Below, piece by piece: positions 13,988-15,461 of a stretch of DNA of 15,461 nucleotides; position 1 is the stretch's first letter, and the number at the start of each line of letters is the position of its first letter. The DNA lies in NCBI GenBank assembly GCA_048939245.1, contig JBHLPR010000053.1, forward strand, positions 1 through 15,461, read 5' to 3'. Source of the DNA: Promethearchaeota archaeon. Its GTDB lineage: Archaea > Asgardarchaeota > Hermodarchaeia > Hermodarchaeales > Hermodarchaeaceae. The notes below the pieces were generated by a model. The model worked only from the letters and a program-made list of their open reading frames with translations, did not search any database and had not been told where the DNA came from. The position numbers were made by a program, and so were the translations under genes.

Positions 13988-15310
13988 ATGAAAGGAAAAG
14001 AATTAGCTGAAACCGCATTAGAACAATCAATTAGTCCACGCCCATTTTATTTATTGATGCTCGAAAATCTAGGGAACGTAATTGGGCTCCCCTATATCCT
14101 TCAATTTACAAAAGAGTATGAAAAAATCTCAACACCAGAAGTTCAATTAGATGGGAAACCAGTTAACTTGTTGAATTGGGGCAAATTCAGAATTCAAACA
14201 ACAGATTGGTCAGCACTCAAGGTAGCTTTTGATTCCTTCGTTGAACAAGCCCCTGAACTCATTCCATGTGTAGAACAACAGTTCACCGCTCAGCGAGAGA
14301 TATGTGAGCGCTACAACGAAAACCCATTAGATATTTATTTGGAAAAAGAGCAAATCCAATATTCCACACTTACAAGACTAATTACTCAACTAGCTGAAAA
14401 GGCACGAAAACCCTTTCTTCAAGCAGCCGAACATTACTGTCAGGAAATAAAAGGTGAACCATTTAGTCCCCAAGACGATCATGTATTTTTTCAATACCAC
14501 GTTCAACAACCTCTCAACAACCATCTGAGAGGTCTTGATCCGTTAGTTCATGTGAAAAGAACTTTGAAGAGACTTGGTTTTAGCGTTGAAGGGATAAAAA
14601 TCGATTCTGAAGACAGACCTAGGAAACACCCTCATGCTGTGTGTGTTGAGGTTCGCATTCCAGAGGATATCCGAGTTATTAACAATCCATCTAATCCATT
14701 AGGAGCCTTTGTTTCTGTATTTCATGAATTTGGACATAGTATTCATGCACTTTGTGCTAACTCGAAGGATCCTTTTTGGAAGCGTCACGCGGTTCCCCTT
14801 AGTGTGGCTGAAACTTTCTCGTTCCTCATTGATGGAATACTTGATAACCGATTATATCTCACTAAAGAACTTGGATTACCCTCCGAAGTCATCAATGATT
14901 GTTTTGACCGTAGTAGGGCTTCAGGGCTTTTCTTCACTGTTTTCCTTGCTGCTAATAGCTTAATGAAGCTATCCTTCTGGAAGGAGGGTTTATCCTTTGA
15001 ACAAGCATCGTCTCGATGGGAAAATCTCACGCGTCGCTTTTACATAGAAATCCCCGGAAATTATTGGCTTCTCTATCCAATTAACGTCCAACAGATTCTC
15101 TATAATCCCAGCTATTTAATGGCTTCAGTGAGAAAGACACAAATCCAGCACATTCTACTTGAAGAGTTTGGAGAAGCATGGTGGGAGGAGCCCCGTGCCG
15201 GAAAATATATTGCCGAACTTGCAGAGACCCGAGCTGAATTTCCCATCTCAAAATTTCCCCTCGATCCACAACCTTTCCTTAAACAGATTACTCAACTTAG
15301 CTTTACCTAA
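13988..15310 (+). CDS. M3-like (gluzincin) zinc metallopeptidase; probable original start TTG 13868 interrupted by TAA at 13940
   Basis: HEFGH zinc motif, downstream VAETFS glutamate ligand, and DSEDRPRKHPHAVC resembling the M3 D-x-x-x-RPGK motif. The upstream in-frame sequence reads MLSVDEIEKQTEDLYATVMDQLYK*YAGLPFDETLLFQTA. Confidence 0.8.
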   Translation: MKGKELAETALEQSISPRPFYLLMLENLGNVIGLPYILQFTKEYEKISTPEVQLDGKPVNLLNWGKFRIQTTDWSALKVAFDSFVEQAPELIPCVEQQFTAQREICERYNENPLDIYLEKEQIQYSTLTRLITQLAEKARKPFLQAAEHYCQEIKGEPFSPQDDHVFFQYHVQQPLNNHLRGLDPLVHVKRTLKRLGFSVEGIKIDSEDRPRKHPHAVCVEVRIPEDIRVINNPSNPLGAFVSVFHEFGHSIHALCANSKDPFWKRHAVPLSVAETFSFLIDGILDNRLYLTKELGLPSEVINDCFDRSRASGLFFTVFLAANSLMKLSFWKEGLSFEQASSRWENLTRRFYIEIPGNYWLLYPINVQQILYNPSYLMASVRKTQIQHILLEEFGEAWWEEPRAGKYIAELAETRAEFPISKFPLDPQPFLKQITQLSFT

Positions 15311-15461
15311 CATATTGTAAGATATCATTTCCCTCAACGATTCATCTCAATTTCTGGCTCACATATTTTGAGCCTGGGAAGGTTAGAAACACTTATGCCC
15401 TGTTTTATACTGTATATATCTGGGTAGGGTAGGCGATTCAGCCTGTGAACCCAGTTGTGGA

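Noticed and set aside
1-15461. CRISPR array, tRNA/rRNA, IS element, and the remaining antisense or nested ORFs in the track
   Set aside because: I saw no periodic repeats, cloverleaf, rRNA motifs or transposase/integrase; the remaining ORFs are shadows of better-supported genes.

Overview
Archaeal-style chromosomal window: BRE/TATA promoters, GGAGGTGA Shine-Dalgarno sites, sequon-rich exported proteins and tandem-domain Lrp/AsnC regulators. The gene mix suggests an Asgard lineage (Thor-/Hermodarchaeia-like), which is inference only. I found no rRNA, tRNA, CRISPR array or transposase. In order: a partial ATP10-like thioredoxin-fold gene, GYD and DUF362 genes, a secreted protein divergent from a double-HTH Lrp/AsnC regulator, flavodoxin, a 56-aa Gly/Arg-rich zinc-ribbon gene missed by the ORF track, an orphan family-5 ABC solute-binding protein with permuted motif order, a DUF3303-like protein, a tandem-USP + APC permease operon, a decayed SAM methyltransferase, a second secreted protein, a hypothetical, a second double-HTH Lrp and an M3-like peptidase with an early TAA. 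The main leads are: (1) two genes that appear to start at CTG behind perfect SD sites; (2) a twice-repeated pairing of a hairpin-bracketed secreted DxDxDGxxE protein with a tandem Lrp regulator; (3) a KimA-like APC permease with a separately encoded USP partner.
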